A stretch of DNA of 63,906 nucleotides, filler included, from Octopus bimaculoides (GCF_001194135.2; 9 parts of 8 records of this genome joined end to end with filler, not necessarily neighbours in it); one strand, 5' to 3'. Shown: positions 36,600 to 50,417, counted from the whole stretch's first letter. Numbers and translations are program-made. Notes: generated by a model not told the origin, from the letters alone.

Positions 36600-36671
<72 letters not shown>

Positions 36672-36800
36672 TTCACTCTCATTCTATCTCTCTTACTATT
36701 GGTCCCACGGATGTCCCCTCTGTAACCTGTCAGTTGTCGTTTATGTCCCTTTATTAGCACTTCTACTCTTTCTCTATTTCTCTATTTTCCTCTCCTCATT

Positions 36801-36861
<61 letters not shown>

Positions 36862-36895
36862 CTATCTATCTCTATCTCTCTCTATCTATTTATCC

Positions 36896-36967
<72 letters not shown>

Positions 36968-37033
36968 CTCTCTATCTATGTCTCTCTCTCTCTCTCTATT
37001 TATTCATCTATCTCCCTTCCCTCCCTCTCTCTG

Positions 37034-37064
<31 letters not shown>

Positions 37065-37065
37065 T
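36600..37065. repeat. (CT)n/(CTTT)n/(CTAT)n/(CTGT)n compound microsatellite
   Basis: Direct read. Confidence 0.95.
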
Positions 37066-37113
37066 TGTCACTCTAAATCTCGCCCCCCCCCCAATGTGTG
37101 CACGTGTGTGTAA

Positions 37114-37330
37114 GACGAGCTGGCAGAATCGTTACCGCATCGGACAAAGTACATACTTAGCGACATTCCTTCCAATTCTTTTCCTTCTGAGTTCAAATTC
37201 CACCAAGGTCGACTTCGCTCTTTTCATCCTTTTGGAATCGATAAAATAAGTATTACTGAACACTGAGGGCCAATGTCATCGATTTCTTTCACCCCTCAAA
37301 ATGGCTGACCTCATACCAAAACCAAAAAAG
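37114..37330 (+). mobile_element. SINE family B, diverged
   Basis: gagctggcagaatcgtta...ttctgagttcaaattccaccaaggtcgacttcg...catccttttggaatcgataaaataagta. Confidence 0.85.
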
Positions 37331-37336
37331 AATATA

Positions 37337-37745
37337 CAGGGTAGCCCAGAAGTTACTGAAGGATTTTAATTTTTAATAACTTCCTTGTTTTTATAAATAA
37401 GTGTATGATATTTTAATTCAATATAGAGAAGATAATGGAGATTATTTTGCATTAGTTTCAGGTCCCAAACATTGCGAAACTTAAAAACGATTCCTTTATT
37501 TCATTATACCTCTACATTAAATATATAAAATGACATCTTTTAAATGGCGTCCATTTTCAGCTTCACAATTTATGGGGTGCATTTCTCTTTGGTATAGTGC
37601 TCTCGGATTCTCAGAGTCCCAAAACCGGCAATTTTGTCTGCTGACGAATCCATTCAAATGAAAGTGAGCTTCACCAGACGTGATCAATGTTTTTGTAAAC
37701 TTTGGATCATTTCGTGCCAATTCCAGCTCGCAGCCTTAATACTAG
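37337..37745 (-). mobile_element. Tc1/mariner-superfamily remnant with internal deletion
   Basis: ITSGEAHFHLNGFVSRQNCRFWDSENP (first catalytic-D motif, D to G) fused to a C-terminal CEAENGRHL; ta|cagggtagccc terminus. Confidence 0.8.
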
Positions 37746-37757
37746 AGTTTAATGTTA

Positions 37758-37978
37758 CGGTGAACAGGCAGAATCGTTAGCGTGGCGGACAAAATGCTTA
37801 GCGGCATTTTGTCTGTCTTTACGTTCTGAGTTCAAGTTTCGCCGAAGCTTACTTCGTCTTTTATCCTTTCGGTGTCGATAAAATAAGTACCAGTTGACCA
37901 CTAGGGATCGATCTTACCGACTTACCCCTCTTTCCCCCCCAAATTACTTGTCTTGTGCCAAAATTTGAAGGCAATATT
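37758..37978 (+). mobile_element. SINE family B
   Basis: ggcagaatcgttagcg...acgttctgagttcaagtttcgccgaag...atcctttcggtgtcgataaaataagtaccagttg. Confidence 0.88.
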
Positions 37979-37991
37979 ACTATGTAATATT

Positions 37992-38630
37992 GGCGTAGGA
38001 GTGGCTGTGTGGTAAGTAGCTTGCTTATAAAGCATATGGTTCCAGGTTCAGTGCCACTGCGTGGCACCTTGGGCAAGTGTCTTCTACTATAGCCTCGGGC
38101 CAACCAAAGCCTTGTGAGTGGATTTGGTAGACGGAAACTGAAAGAAGCCCATCGTATATATGTATATATGTATATATATATATGTAAATATATATATANN
38201 NNNNNNNNNNNNNNNNNNNNNNNNNNNNNNNNNNNNNNNNNNNNNNNNNNNNNNNNNNNNNNNNNNNNNNNNNNNNNNNNNNNNNNNNNNNNNNNNNNNN
38301 NNNNNNNNNNNNNNNNNNNNNNNNNNNNNNNNNNNNNNNNNNNNNNNNNNNNNNNNNNNNNNNNNNNNNNNNNNNNNNNNNNNNNNNNNNNNNNNNNNNT
38401 GTATGTATGCGTGTATATGTTTGTGTGTCTGTGTTTGTGCCCCCAACATCGCTTGACAACTGATGTGGGTGTGTTTACGTCCCCGTAACTTAGCGGTTCG
38501 GCAAAAGAGACCGATAGAATAAGTACTAGGCTTACAAAGAATAAATCCTGGGGGTCGATTTGCTCGACTAAAGGCGGTGCTGCAGCATGGCCGCAGTCAA
38601 ATGACTGAAACAAGTGAAAGAGTAAAGAGT
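37992..38630 (+). mobile_element. SINE family A, full length (gap inside the microsatellite)
   Basis: Head ggcgtaggagtggctgtgtggtaag through tail ggcggtgctgcagcatggccgcagtcaaatgactgaaacaagtgaaagagt. Confidence 0.93.
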
Positions 38631-38859
38631 AGACTCCGACACTGTTGACGTCACTGGTTCCTGGTCCTTTAAAACTACTTTACATTAACCCCTTGAAACA
38701 CATTCTGAAAGCCATGAACATCACAGCATCCCAGTTGTCAGTTCGTAGCTAACTTCTGTCCTCGAAAGAAATATTTACAGTCTCTTCGTCTTGTCGCCAT
38801 CATTCTACCTTCTCTTCCTTCTCCCCTTTCTTCACTTCACCCTCGTTTCTTCTACCCCA

Positions 38860-38967
38860 TCCTTATCGTTGTCATTGTCGTTGTTACCACCGACAATAAC
38901 AACAACAACAGCACAACTATCATCATCATCATCATCATCATCATAATCGTCATCATCATCATCATCG

Positions 38968-39002
<35 letters not shown>

Positions 39003-39010
39003 GTAATCGT

Positions 39011-39044
<34 letters not shown>

Positions 39045-39052
39045 GTAATCGT

Positions 39053-39097
<45 letters not shown>

Positions 39098-39245
39098 TAT
39101 CATCATCATCATCATCAACTTCATCATCATCGTAAACATCATCATCATCCTCATCCTCCTCCTCATCATCATCATAATCGTAACCATCATCATCATCATC
39201 ATCATCATCATCGTAATCGTAATCATCGTAATCATCATCATCACT
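38860..39245. repeat. (CAT)n microsatellite with (CGTAAT) interruptions
   Basis: Direct read; source of the poly-Asp and poly-Met ORFs. Confidence 0.95.
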
Positions 39246-39316
39246 GTTTCTCATCATTCACTTCATCGTTATCATGGTCGTTGTCATCAAAAGTACATAT
39301 ACACAGGCGCACGCGC

Positions 39317-39367
<51 letters not shown>

Positions 39368-40722
39368 CATCTACGTACACAGACACAGAGACACACGCAG
39401 AAACACAGACACACACACTCACACACACGCACAAAGAGAGAAAATACACGAATACGGACACACAGAGTTGTGATGTTGGTACCTGGAACAGACAGCTAAA
39501 GTGTCGCAATACAAGAACTACTGGATGATGACAGCTGGTCCCTGGAGTGTCGCCTGAAATTTCACCTTGACACTGCTTCGTTGTAGACCGTCCTGGGACA
39601 TTCCTCAATTCCAGTTAGAGACGACAAAGCCGTTATATACTCATTCATATATAACCATGCCTATCTGTCTGTCTGTCAGTATCTCTGCTTCTCTTTTCTC
39701 ACTCTTTTTACCGCTCTTCCTTCTCCATTTGTATATTTTACGAGTAATTATATGAATATATATGCATGTATATTTATATAAATGGGTGTATGTATGTATG
39801 TATCTCTCTCTCTCTCTCTCTCTCTCTCTNNNNNNNNNNNNNNNNNNNNNNNNNNNNNNNNNNNNNNNNNNNNNNNNNNNNNNNNNNNNNNNNNNNNNNN
39901 NNNNNNNNNNNNNNNNNNNNNNNNNNNNNNNNNNNNNNNNNNNNNNNNNNNNNNNNNNNNNNNNNNNNNNNNNNNNNNNNNNNNNNNNNNNNNNNNNNNN
40001 NNNNNNNNNNNNNNNNNNNNNNNNNNNNNNNNNNNNNNNNNNNNNNNNNNNNNNNNNNNNNNNNNNNNNNNNNNNNNNNNNNNNNNNNNNNNNNNNNNNN
40101 NNNNNNNNNNNNNNNNNNNNNNNNNNNNNNNNNNNNNNNNNNNNNNNNNNNNNNNNNNNNNNNNNNNNNNNNNNNNNNNNNNNNNNNNNNNNNNNNNNNN
40201 NNNNNNNNNNNNNNNNNNNNNNNNNNNNNNNNNNNNNNNNNNNNNNNNNNNNNNNNNNNNNNNNNNNNNNNNNNNNNNNNNNNNNNNNNNNNNNNNNNNN
40301 NNNNNNNNNNNNNNNNNNNNNNNNNNNNNNNNNNNNNNNNNNNNNNNNNNNNNNNNNNNNNNNNNNNNNNNNNNNNNNNNNNNNNNNNNNNNNNNNNNNN
40401 NNNNNNNNNNNNNNNNNNNNNNNNNNNNNNNNNNNNNNNNNNNNNNNNNNNNNNNNNNNNNNNNNNNNNNNNNNNNNNNNNNNNNNNNNNNNNNNNNNNN
40501 NNNNNNNNNNNNNNNNNNNNNNNNNNNNNNNNNNNNNNNNNNNNNNNNNNNNNNNNNNNNNNNNNNNNNNNNNNNNNNNNNNNNNNNNNNNNNNNNNNNN
40601 NNNNNNNNNNNNNNNNNNNNNNNNNNNNNNNNNNNNNNNNNNNNNNNNNNNNNNNNNNNNNNNNNNNNNNNNNNNNNNNNNNNNNNNNNNNNNNNNNNNN
40701 NNNNNNNNNNNNNNNNNNNNNN

Positions 40723-40763
<41 letters not shown>

Positions 40764-41500
40764 CACACACACATACACATATTTTTGCATGTGTCTGCAA
40801 CCACTGAAAATTTCAGGCTTCGAGTTCAATCGTGAGTTGGGGATTTCTTATCTGAACAGTATCTGTGCTTTTTCAGCCAGGCAAAGCCTACATTTCTTTG
40901 ATCCATTCACATAAGGTGTGGATTTTTGATTATTATCCATTTAATCGTATATGGCGTTTTATTCTGTTTCAATGCCCACACGTGGTTGACTAACTTTGCG
41001 ACCTTACGCTTGTCTCTATGTCGGAAGGTGGTTATGTGGTTGGCATAACCATGTGGTTCGTAAGCAGACTTCTTACCACATAGCCACTCCTGCGCCTATG
41101 ATGTATAATACATATAGTTCATGCATTTATTGTTGTTTAACCCTACGCCAACACTGGAAGAAATGACTCACGATCGAAAGCATTCCATTTGTGACCATCC
41201 ATTCTTTATCTATATGCAGAAAGCGTAATCCCACATTATCCAACGTGATCATTTGCTGAGGACGGTAGAGCGTGATTTGAGGGAGATTCAGCTGCTATTT
41301 CTAGCAAGCCGAATGCTGGCACAGTTGCAGCTTAGGGTGTAGGTAGGGGTGCAGTGGGTATTGGTAGTTGAAGGGCTTGTGCTGTCATTGATGAGTGGCA
41401 GCGAGTGTCCCTCAATTAGGATCGTTTTGCATCTTCAGTCTATTGTTAATAGAACGGAATTGTTGTCAATGTTGCCACAACACACCGACGTGTGCGCACA

Positions 41501-41535
<35 letters not shown>

Positions 41536-41813
41536 TCACATGCACAGGCCGGCACATGCACACATACACACACAGAGTTACACAAGCATACATAAAATAC
41601 ACACACACACACACAAAGCATATACGATCATTTCCATGTGAACATGCGCGCACGACATATACATACATACGACACAGACATTACCACTTCACACCGTACA
41701 TCCACTTCCATGATAGATACAAGTAGACACATGATTAAAAATGCATACGTACATATACATATATACATACATACATACATACGCATGTACGTACATAGAT
41801 ACATACATGCATG

Positions 41814-41865
<52 letters not shown>

Positions 41866-41920
41866 GGTGGTGTAAATAACAAAAAGGATGTATTAGTATG
41901 ACGCTCGGGAATACGGAAAG

Positions 41921-41957
41921 TCTTTGACGTTTCGAGCTACGCTCTTCAACAGAAAGA
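41921..41957 (-). ncRNA. Minimal hammerhead-like motif with CUGUUGA core variant
   Basis: UCUUU | CUGUUGA | A | GAGC-gua-GCUC | GAA | ACGU | C | AAAGA. Confidence 0.6.
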
Positions 41958-42884
41958 ATACGGAGACAAGGAGAAAAACACACATATATATATATATAGT
42001 CTCAGTGTAGAGATTTCATCTGTAAGATGATGGTGATGATGGTGATGATGATGATAACGACNNNNNNNNNNAGATGATGGTGATGATGGTGATGATGGTG
42101 ATGATGATGATAACGACGACGTCCACAGCGACAACGATGACATGACATGAAATTTTCTTTCAGTTGTTCTTTTATATACCCCCGCGCACAAACACATAGC
42201 GCTGTCAAAAGTGGAAGGAATGATATTATTGTTGGTGAATATAATTCTAGATGTAAAGTTGTTGAAGGAACTTTTTACAACATGAACGGCTTATCTTAAC
42301 TGTCTTTCTATCAAAATACTTATAATATTTCTGATTTATCGGAAAATAAAAGGATGTGGATGCAGAGATTTAAACTATATGCCAGATGATACCATAGAAT
42401 ATTTCTTTTTCATGCATGAATGCATTGCTGTGCATTACATATCGTATTTTATGCATGAAGCATCTTTGTTATAATTGCGAGAACATCTGAAAATCCGCCT
42501 GCATCTGTTTAATAAACATACGTTTAACCTAGCATACGTTTAACATACGTTTAACCTAACAATGTAAACAGACTTTATGGTTAAATCAGAAGTCGGTTTC
42601 TCTGTCAGTCTGTCTGTTTGTATTTCTGTTTCCGTCTGTCTGTCTGTCTGTCAGTCTGTCAGTCTGTCTCCTGAACGAATCCAAAAACAGCTTGACTAGT
42701 ATCCATTGGCTATTGCCGCCTTATCAGAAATGTCTAATCGTATTCGTCCTACATAGAGGGAAAGCAACAAGTTACTTGCAATAATGCTCTGAGTAACAGG
42801 CGCTGATATTATTCATTTTGCATATCATCAGATTCGATGGCAAATATATTATTGTGAAAACACAAGTAACATCAGAGCTTGTGA

Positions 42885-43399
42885 CTCAACACGGAGTCCT
42901 ACATCAAGTGCTTGGAGGAGGAAGTGTTGCCCTTGATGAAGAGGGTGGCTGTTGGAAGACCCTATGTCTGGCAACAGGATTCTGCACCATGCCAAGCAAG
43001 CAGGAGAACCCATTCATGACTGTCAGACAATTTCTGCAACCACATCATCCCTAACATCTGGCCACCAAACTCCCCACACTGCAACCCCTTTGATTATGTG
43101 AAAGACACAGTTGAGCGAAAAACCAGTAAAACTCCTTGTAACACCAAAGATGAACTGAAGGCAAGGATTATGACAGCATTCACCAACTTAAACAAGGTGA
43201 CCGTCCAGAAGAGTTGCAGGAGATTTTGAAATCGCCTGGAGGCCGAGGTTGAAACCAATGGTGATTTTATTGAATACATTTATTCTTTAGTATTTCAAAA
43301 TATTTTTATGTAATTTTGATAAATATATCTGTAAAATGAGATGCCACTATTATTTCCGTTTTTGCGTAATTTAGACGACAGTTCATTCACTGCACTCCG
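42885..43399 (+). mobile_element. DD37D (maT-type) mariner transposase 3' half and right end
   Basis: YIKCLEEEVLP...GRPYVWQQD-x37-D (QQDSAPC...IWPPNSPHCNPFDY)...TKDELKARI...RLEAEVETNGDFIE; ends cactccg|ta. Confidence 0.88.
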
Positions 43400-43774
43400 T
43401 ATATATATGTATGTGTGTCTGTGCGTGTGCGTGTGCGTGTGTGTGTGGGTTTGGGTGTGTATATATATATGTACACACACAGGCACACACCCACACGCAC
43501 ACTTATACACACTCACGCACACTTATACACACTCACGCACGCGAACACACACATACCCGCAAACTCACGCGCGCATACACACACACATACATAAGCATCT
43601 ATGTATGTCGAAACTTCGAAGTCATTGTTCACAACATTCTTGTATACGAATGATAAATTTGTACTCTACATTTGTATGGAATAATCTATCAGATGAATGT
43701 AAGATTGTTTTTATTATAACTGAGCATAAAAACAAAGATTGATACTCTCCACACACACTTACACACACACACTT

Positions 43775-43805
<31 letters not shown>

Positions 43806-44197
43806 TACACACACACANNNNNNNNNNNNNNNNNNNNNNNNNNNNNNNNNNNNNNNNNNNNNNNNNNNNNNNNNNNNNNNNNNNNNNNNNNNNNNNNNNN
43901 NNNNNNNNNNNNNNNNNNNNNNNNNNNNNNNNNNNNNNNNNNNNNNNNNNNNNNNNNNNNNNNNNNNNNNNNNNNNNNNNNNNNNNNNNNNNNNNNNNNN
44001 NNNNNNNNNNNNNNNNNNNNNNNNNNNNNNNNNNNNNNNNNNNNNNNNNNNNNNNNNNNNNNNNNNNNNNNNNNNNNNNNNNNNNNNNNNNNNNNNNNNN
44101 NNNNNNNNNNNNNNNNNNNNNNNNNNNNNNNNNNNNNNNNNNNNNNNNNNNNNNNNNNNNNNNNNNNNNNNNNNNNNNNNNNNNNNNNNNNNNNNNA

Positions 44198-44576
44198 CGG
44201 AAACAGAAAGAAGCCGGTCGTATATATATGCGTATGTGTGTGTGTGTGTGTGTGTGGCTGGGGGTTGCATTTGTCCCCCTACCCCCACCCCAACCATCAC
44301 TTGACAACCAATGCTGGTGTGTTTACGCCCCGTAACTTAGCGGTTCCGCAAAAGAGGCCGATAGAATAAGTACTAGGTTTACGAAGAATAAATCTTGGGG
44401 TCATTTTGGCCCCACACCATTGCTTGACAACCGATAGTGGTGAGTTTACGTCCCCGTAACTTAACAGTTTGGCAAGAGAGACCGATAGGATAAGTCCTTG
44501 GGTCGATTTGTTCGACTAAAGGCGGTGCTCCAGCATGGCTGTAGTCAAATGACTGGAACAAATAAAACAATAAAAG

Positions 44577-44578
<2 letters not shown>
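44198..44578 (+). mobile_element. SINE family A 3' part with internal duplication
   Basis: cttgacaacc...tttacg.cccgtaactta...gatag.ataagt occurs twice (about 44300-44400 and 44423-44500). Confidence 0.88.
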
Positions 44579-44629
<51 letters not shown>

Positions 44630-44711
44630 ATATAGGAGTATGTATCTGTGAATGCATTATAAAAGCATTTAACAATAAGCCTATGTTATATATGTATATA
44701 TATAAATGATT

Positions 44712-44760
<49 letters not shown>

Positions 44761-45020
44761 TACATATGTTTTGATTGGCGGTATTTATGAGTTCCATGTC
44801 TCGTGAGTCGACACGTGTATATATATGACTACATATAATAGCATACATGCGTGTATGTGTGTCTTTGTGAGAGCGTGTGTGTTCCTTTCTACGAGTCCGT
44901 GTGAGATCGTGAGCGTGTATGTGTGTTTGCGTCTGAGTGTAAGCTTGTCTATACACGTCCATGTAAATTAGAGGATATGTCTGTGTATTGTTATGTATAT
45001 ATGTGTGTGTCTACTTTCGT

Positions 45021-45055
<35 letters not shown>

Positions 45056-45356
45056 CGCGTATGTCTGTGTGTGTTGAAGTGCGTGTGTTGAAGTGTGTGT
45101 GTGTGACGCATTTGTATCAATGAACGGTCAAAGCGTTTATTTGCACAGGATCTTTTATCTGAACAGCTCACGCGACCGATGGGAAGAAGAGATGTTGATG
45201 CTAATGATGATGGGGGATTATGAGATGTGGGGGTGGGTGAGGGGGGGGCGGAGGAGNNNNNNNNNNNNNNNNNNNNNNNNNNNNNNNNNNNNNNNNNNNN
45301 TTAATTAATTAANNNNNNNNNNNNNNNNNNNNNNNNNNNNNNNNNNNNNNNNNNNN

Positions 45357-45402
<46 letters not shown>

Positions 45403-45599
45403 TGTGTGTGTGTGAAAATATGCTCACATGTGTATCAGCGAGTGGAGTGTGGGCATTAGATTTATTGTATTTTTGTGCATAGAATTTTTGTAACGTCTGT
45501 AGACGAAATATAATAGCTTTTGACACTAAGCAATTTAAAAGCTCTAGACTAGTAGACAACTCCACAGTCAACTCTCTTTATAAATTATGTAACTTTGAT

Positions 45600-46282
45600 T
45601 TTGTTTCTCTAAACGAATTATATACATATGTCCATATTCCAAATGTGTCTCCCAAAGACAAATCATCTATAAATGCATATCTTGGCCACTGTCTCCGTTG
45701 TTCAAGGTGTACGATTTATTTCATTATCTACAGAGTCAGTATTTGTTACATTGCTACTAACTCATTTTTAATGTAAGCCATCTCATCTGCTATTCATACA
45801 ACTTTTGTAATTACCGCATGTCCAACCAGGGCGAAAGTACTAGACAATTTCTGAATTTTATTAATTTTTGGGGTTGGGTACATTGATGCATAGTTTTAGA
45901 GTAAAAAAATATAAAGTTGTTTTATCAGTTCATAACTTTCTGCACAGCTTTGGCACCGTGATGGAACGGAAGTTGCTTCAACATGTAAATATAAACTGTA
46001 GCATTGTTAAATATTATCGGAATCTTAACATCACCTCCCATGCATTAGTTAGACTCCCTATATTCACACCACACTGCAAACGATACTGAACATGAATAGA
46101 AATCATTCTTAAATCTATCGGATCGTAACTAAAAATATACTCACGTACAAAATGTTAAAATCTTTATCTAGAACAATGCTAAAAATGAATCTATGACAGG
46201 CTGTTAAGAACCATGAATGAAACTGTAGAAATCAAAGTTATTGCGCACCAATTGTGAATTTTCAAGTGACCCTCTGTGTATT
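45600..46282 (-). mobile_element. Possible old Tc1/mariner remnant
   Basis: TIR-like cacagagggtcacttgaaaattcacaattggtgcgcaataa at the right end; faint transposase-like translation. Confidence 0.35.
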
Positions 46283-46394
46283 AATAATTCAAGAACGCTG
46301 TTGATAAAATACCTTACTGGAATTGTTTGTTGTTAATTGATAGTATATATTTTATCTTTACGTCTTTTAGTCATTAGATTGCCCGGTAGTGTTT

Positions 46395-46515
46395 GGTGGA
46401 ACAAATCGAACACAGTACTTATTCTGTTTTGAAACGTGATACTAATTCTATGGGTCACCTGTTTCCGCACCGTAAAGCAATTCCAACATTGTCTGTCAAG
46501 CGGTGTTAGGACACA
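46395..46515 (-). mobile_element. Degenerate SINE family A tail fragment
   Basis: aacaaatcgaacacagtacttattc...ttgtctgtcaagcggtg..ggacac. Confidence 0.55.
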
Positions 46516-47170
46516 CACACACATACACACACACATACACACGCACGCACGCACGCTAACACATACACTACCGTACTTCTTTCAATAGGGAAACCGACAC
46601 ATAACATGATTTTATTACTTCTTGGAGATCCAGTACAGGCTATCCCTAAAAATTTTATTCTACTGCAGCCTTTCATGGCAAGATAGCCTCTACTTAATTA
46701 ATAGGACAAAGATTAACCATAAGCTGTCTACAAATACTTAATGTTTCCTCCTAGCCGATAATAAATGTAACAGCAGTAATAATAATAACAACTCAGCGAT
46801 GAGAAAGACTCTTCGAGTGCAAGTTTACTCTGAGAAATAGCAGGCATATATTATTATTTAAAAGTAGAAAGCCTAATTTCACAACACAATCCTAGAAAAA
46901 CTACATCTGAAAATAAAAAATTAAATTACGGCTTGGTAATCACAGTTGGTAATATTTATGTTATCGACTGATTGAATCTAGGTTGATTTTTGGACAAAAA
47001 AATAACATCCTGATATACTTTTCGGCAATCTATGTCAGTTAGTATAGTAAACTATATGCCATTAGTGTTGTAGTGCAGCACTAATACTTGTAAATACTTA
47101 GAAAGTATTGACTCAATGTAGTAGGGCACAGTATTACCTTATAGAGCCTTCAATATAGTTGATACTATAA

Positions 47171-47345
47171 GGTGGCGAGTTGGCAGAATCGTTAGCACGC
47201 CGGACAAAATGCTTCGCGGTATTTCATCTGTCTTCATGTTCTGGGTTTAAAAGTCGCCGGGGTCGACTTTGCCTTTCGATGTCGATAAAATAAGTACTCG
47301 TTTGTCAACTGATGTCGATCTAATCGGCTCAGCCCCTCCCGCGAA
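47171..47345 (+). mobile_element. SINE family B
   Basis: ggtggcgagttggcagaatcgttagcacgccggacaaaatgc...ggtcgactttgcctt. Confidence 0.88.
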
Positions 47346-48695
47346 GTGTATTTACTAAGCTATATGTATATTATTATATATATGGCGAATATCTTGGTCC
47401 ACTGGTTCCTAACTTTTAACATCGCATGAAAGTGCAGTAATTTCACAAAACACTAAAAATATTAATATTTGATACATTTTAGAAGGATGTATTCTCTTGG
47501 TTTTGTTTGCACTAAATGTTGTGTTGTGGCTCACATGTCAACATACCATGGTACAACATAATCATGAGACATTAAGAATTATCAGGTAGTATAGAATATA
47601 AAGGCTTTTTATTTGCGATTCTTTTAAATCTTTACTGGGATCTGAAAGCTTAGGATCATTGAACTAGTTCCATAGAATACATGGTAACATACTGATGGCC
47701 AGATTATGAGATTTGGTTTGGATTTTCGTATGAAATCAATGTAATTTATTTAAGGCATTAATAATTTTAAGGAATTCATGCACAAAGTAACAAGTTTTGT
47801 AATGTTTCTCTATTGTACCTGTAGGTTGTTGTTGTTGTTGTTGATATTTAGCTCAGATAACCCTTCATTGATCAGATTTGTAATAAAGTCATTGTCATCC
47901 CATATATTTGTATACCCAATACAACACATTTTATTGTGTTTTTTTTTCCTAACAGTAAGTCGGTGAGTTGGTAGAAGCGTAAAAGTGTCTGACAAAATAC
48001 TTTGCAGCATTCATTACAGCTCCTTCTTACTTAGAAGTCCCAATCTAACTAAAATCAGTGTAGATAAATGAATTACAACTATAGATCGGTAAACTAATAG
48101 GAACTTAAGATATTTGCGGTATTTGTTTCAACTATTAGACTTTCGAGGTGAAATCTAGCCGTGGCTTACTAAGATCAAATACAACTCTCTAGAAGTTTTA
48201 ATATTTCAGCACCTTCCTCATTTAACGTCCTTTCAAAAAATGGGGTGGGTGTGATTTGAAGGTAGATATTGCTGCTATTTACAGTAATTTGTGAGACCCC
48301 GTAGAAACTTTTGTATTGTCTTGGATACTATCTGTTACTGCCATCTACAATTTCGACCTTCAGTAATGCCGATATAAATATGTAACACAAACTAGTGAAA
48401 TCTGCACGGAAGTAAAGACGAGTTATTTATTCGGCATTCATATTTCTAATACACACATAATACACATTGTTTGCACTGTTCTTTAGACCCAAGGCAACTC
48501 CGATATTTAATAGGTATATGATCACTGCATTCCTAATATGATTATACCATCGGTTTCTCAAGTACTGTGCATATAAAACTGCATTATGCAAATGTGTCCT
48601 CTGTTGATTGTAAAGTATAGCTTGAAATAAATTTGAGCTCTGTATCAAACAGGTCAAATGACCGTATAAAAACTCTCTCTACCTGTTTCTTTTTA

Positions 48696-49739
48696 TTATT
48701 ACCTCCACCTTCGCTAAGGCGGAGGTATTGTTTTCAATCGTGTTTGCTTGTTTGTTTGCCCGTGGATAAGATATCTCAAGAACTGCATGATGGAATCGGA
48801 TGAAACTTTTAGGAATGTTTGGCCTCATGACTGGCGCAAACTGATTAGATTTTGGGATCGATCCGGTACCGGACAAGGATTGAGGATTATTTTTTGTATT
48901 TACTTTACCTAACATGAAGTATTACGATCTCTGATTATCTCCCTTGTCAGCGCGCTCATAGTTTCCACGTAATTTATGGCGGCGTTACTGCTTCCAAAGT
49001 TTACTTTCTTTTTTCATCATAATTAATTTTACTCGCGTCACTATCTTAGTAGAAGCTGATGAATAAAGAAATCAAACTATATAAACAAACGGCAGCAGAA
49101 CCGTTCAGAAATTAAACAACACTAACATATTCAGTAGCAATAATAAATTTAATTGATCCTCGAAAATTTTTAGTTTTACCAATTTTGAATATATCGCTCC
49201 TGTTTAGAATTCCTTACCTAGTTGACAATTGCATTTCTAGCTCTGCCTTGAAGGAAGCTTTACTTCTTGGACTCACGTTTTTGTGTGCAATGATGTTGTT
49301 AAACCTCCTTTTGCAGCACCGTATGCACGTTTTTTCCGATTTCTTTCACGCACGGATAATGTTTTCAATATAGTACTTAGTGGTCGTAAAGACACTATTT
49401 CAGTGGATAGACTAAAAAAAGCCTTCATAGAGAAAACTGTCCCTGTTCACACTGCAGACGATACACACACGGCATCACAAACACGGCCCGCACACCCACC
49501 TTCACATTCCATGACTACCATTGAGATCGATCAGGTACCGCACAAGGATTCTGGATTATTTTTCCGTTTTTTCTTTTACTTAATTTTTGAGAGGGGTCGG
49601 GTTCATTTTTAATATTCTTGTTTGTGAGAGCAGTCGTGTTTATTTAAGATATTCTCATTATAAAAATCATCTCCTGCTAATCTTTGAGAGGACGTTGCTG
49701 TTGCCTTGGCGGAGGTTTGCGCTCTCTGAGTGCTCTTGT
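48696..49739 (+). mobile_element. Helentron-associated (HINE/DINE-1-like) non-autonomous element with internal insertion
   Basis: 5' stem tacctccacc..ggcggaggta, (GTTT)n tract, 3' subterminal ggcggaggt plus hairpin gcgctc-tct-gagtgc before tcttgt. Confidence 0.75.
49300..49432 (+). mobile_element. Gypsy/Ty3 integrase C-terminal fragment
   Basis: PYARFFRFLSRTDNVFNIVLSGRKDTISVDRLKKAF resembles the GPY/F-domain end PY.GP...L.R.....I...G.....S.DRLKPA. Confidence 0.75.
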
Positions 49740-50417
49740 ATATATTGTTGTTGTTTATGTTGGTGGTTAGTTCCAGCTCTGTCCTTAGTGAATGCTCAGA
49801 TCCTTTATCAAACGCATAATTATTTATCCAGATACAACAGAATCTATCATATTTTCGCCTTTTTCTCCAAGACGGAGTGCATGAAAACGCGTGTAGCTAC
49901 TTTTTCTGGCAAACGAAGTGATAACGTAAAGGCTCCAGAAATGTCCATCAGTATTTATTCTGTAGGTGCAGTTAAATAATGCAGTGTATGATCTTTCAGT
50001 AAATGGATAAAACTCGAAATGAAAAACTGTATTTAGCTTTGGGATTTCATTTAGTTTGGCAATGTTGATGAATCACATATTGTAATACTAATACTTGACG
50101 TTATTATGGCAAGGCAGACGTTGAGGGAATTTGTGGATTCATTTTGAACATTATTTAGATTACTATACAATACTTGTTATAAATCAAATACTCGTGCGTA
50201 CATATACACTAAAACATGTTGAAGTGGATACTGGTGGAATAGGCTTATAACTTTCTCTATTTCTTATTATAATATTCAGGAGAGATGTATGACACTAAAA
50301 GAAAAACGAAAGCGTATGCACACTGATGTGTGCATATAGAAATATGTACTTATTCACATATACATATTCACATATCCGAGTCTACCGTTCACGTTCTTCA
50401 AAATGACTGATATTTTG

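Noticed and set aside
43610-43740. VWNNL-type peptide (also ATIWNA at about 11260) as CR1/L2 3' ends
   Set aside because: Only a few residues match; too weak to call
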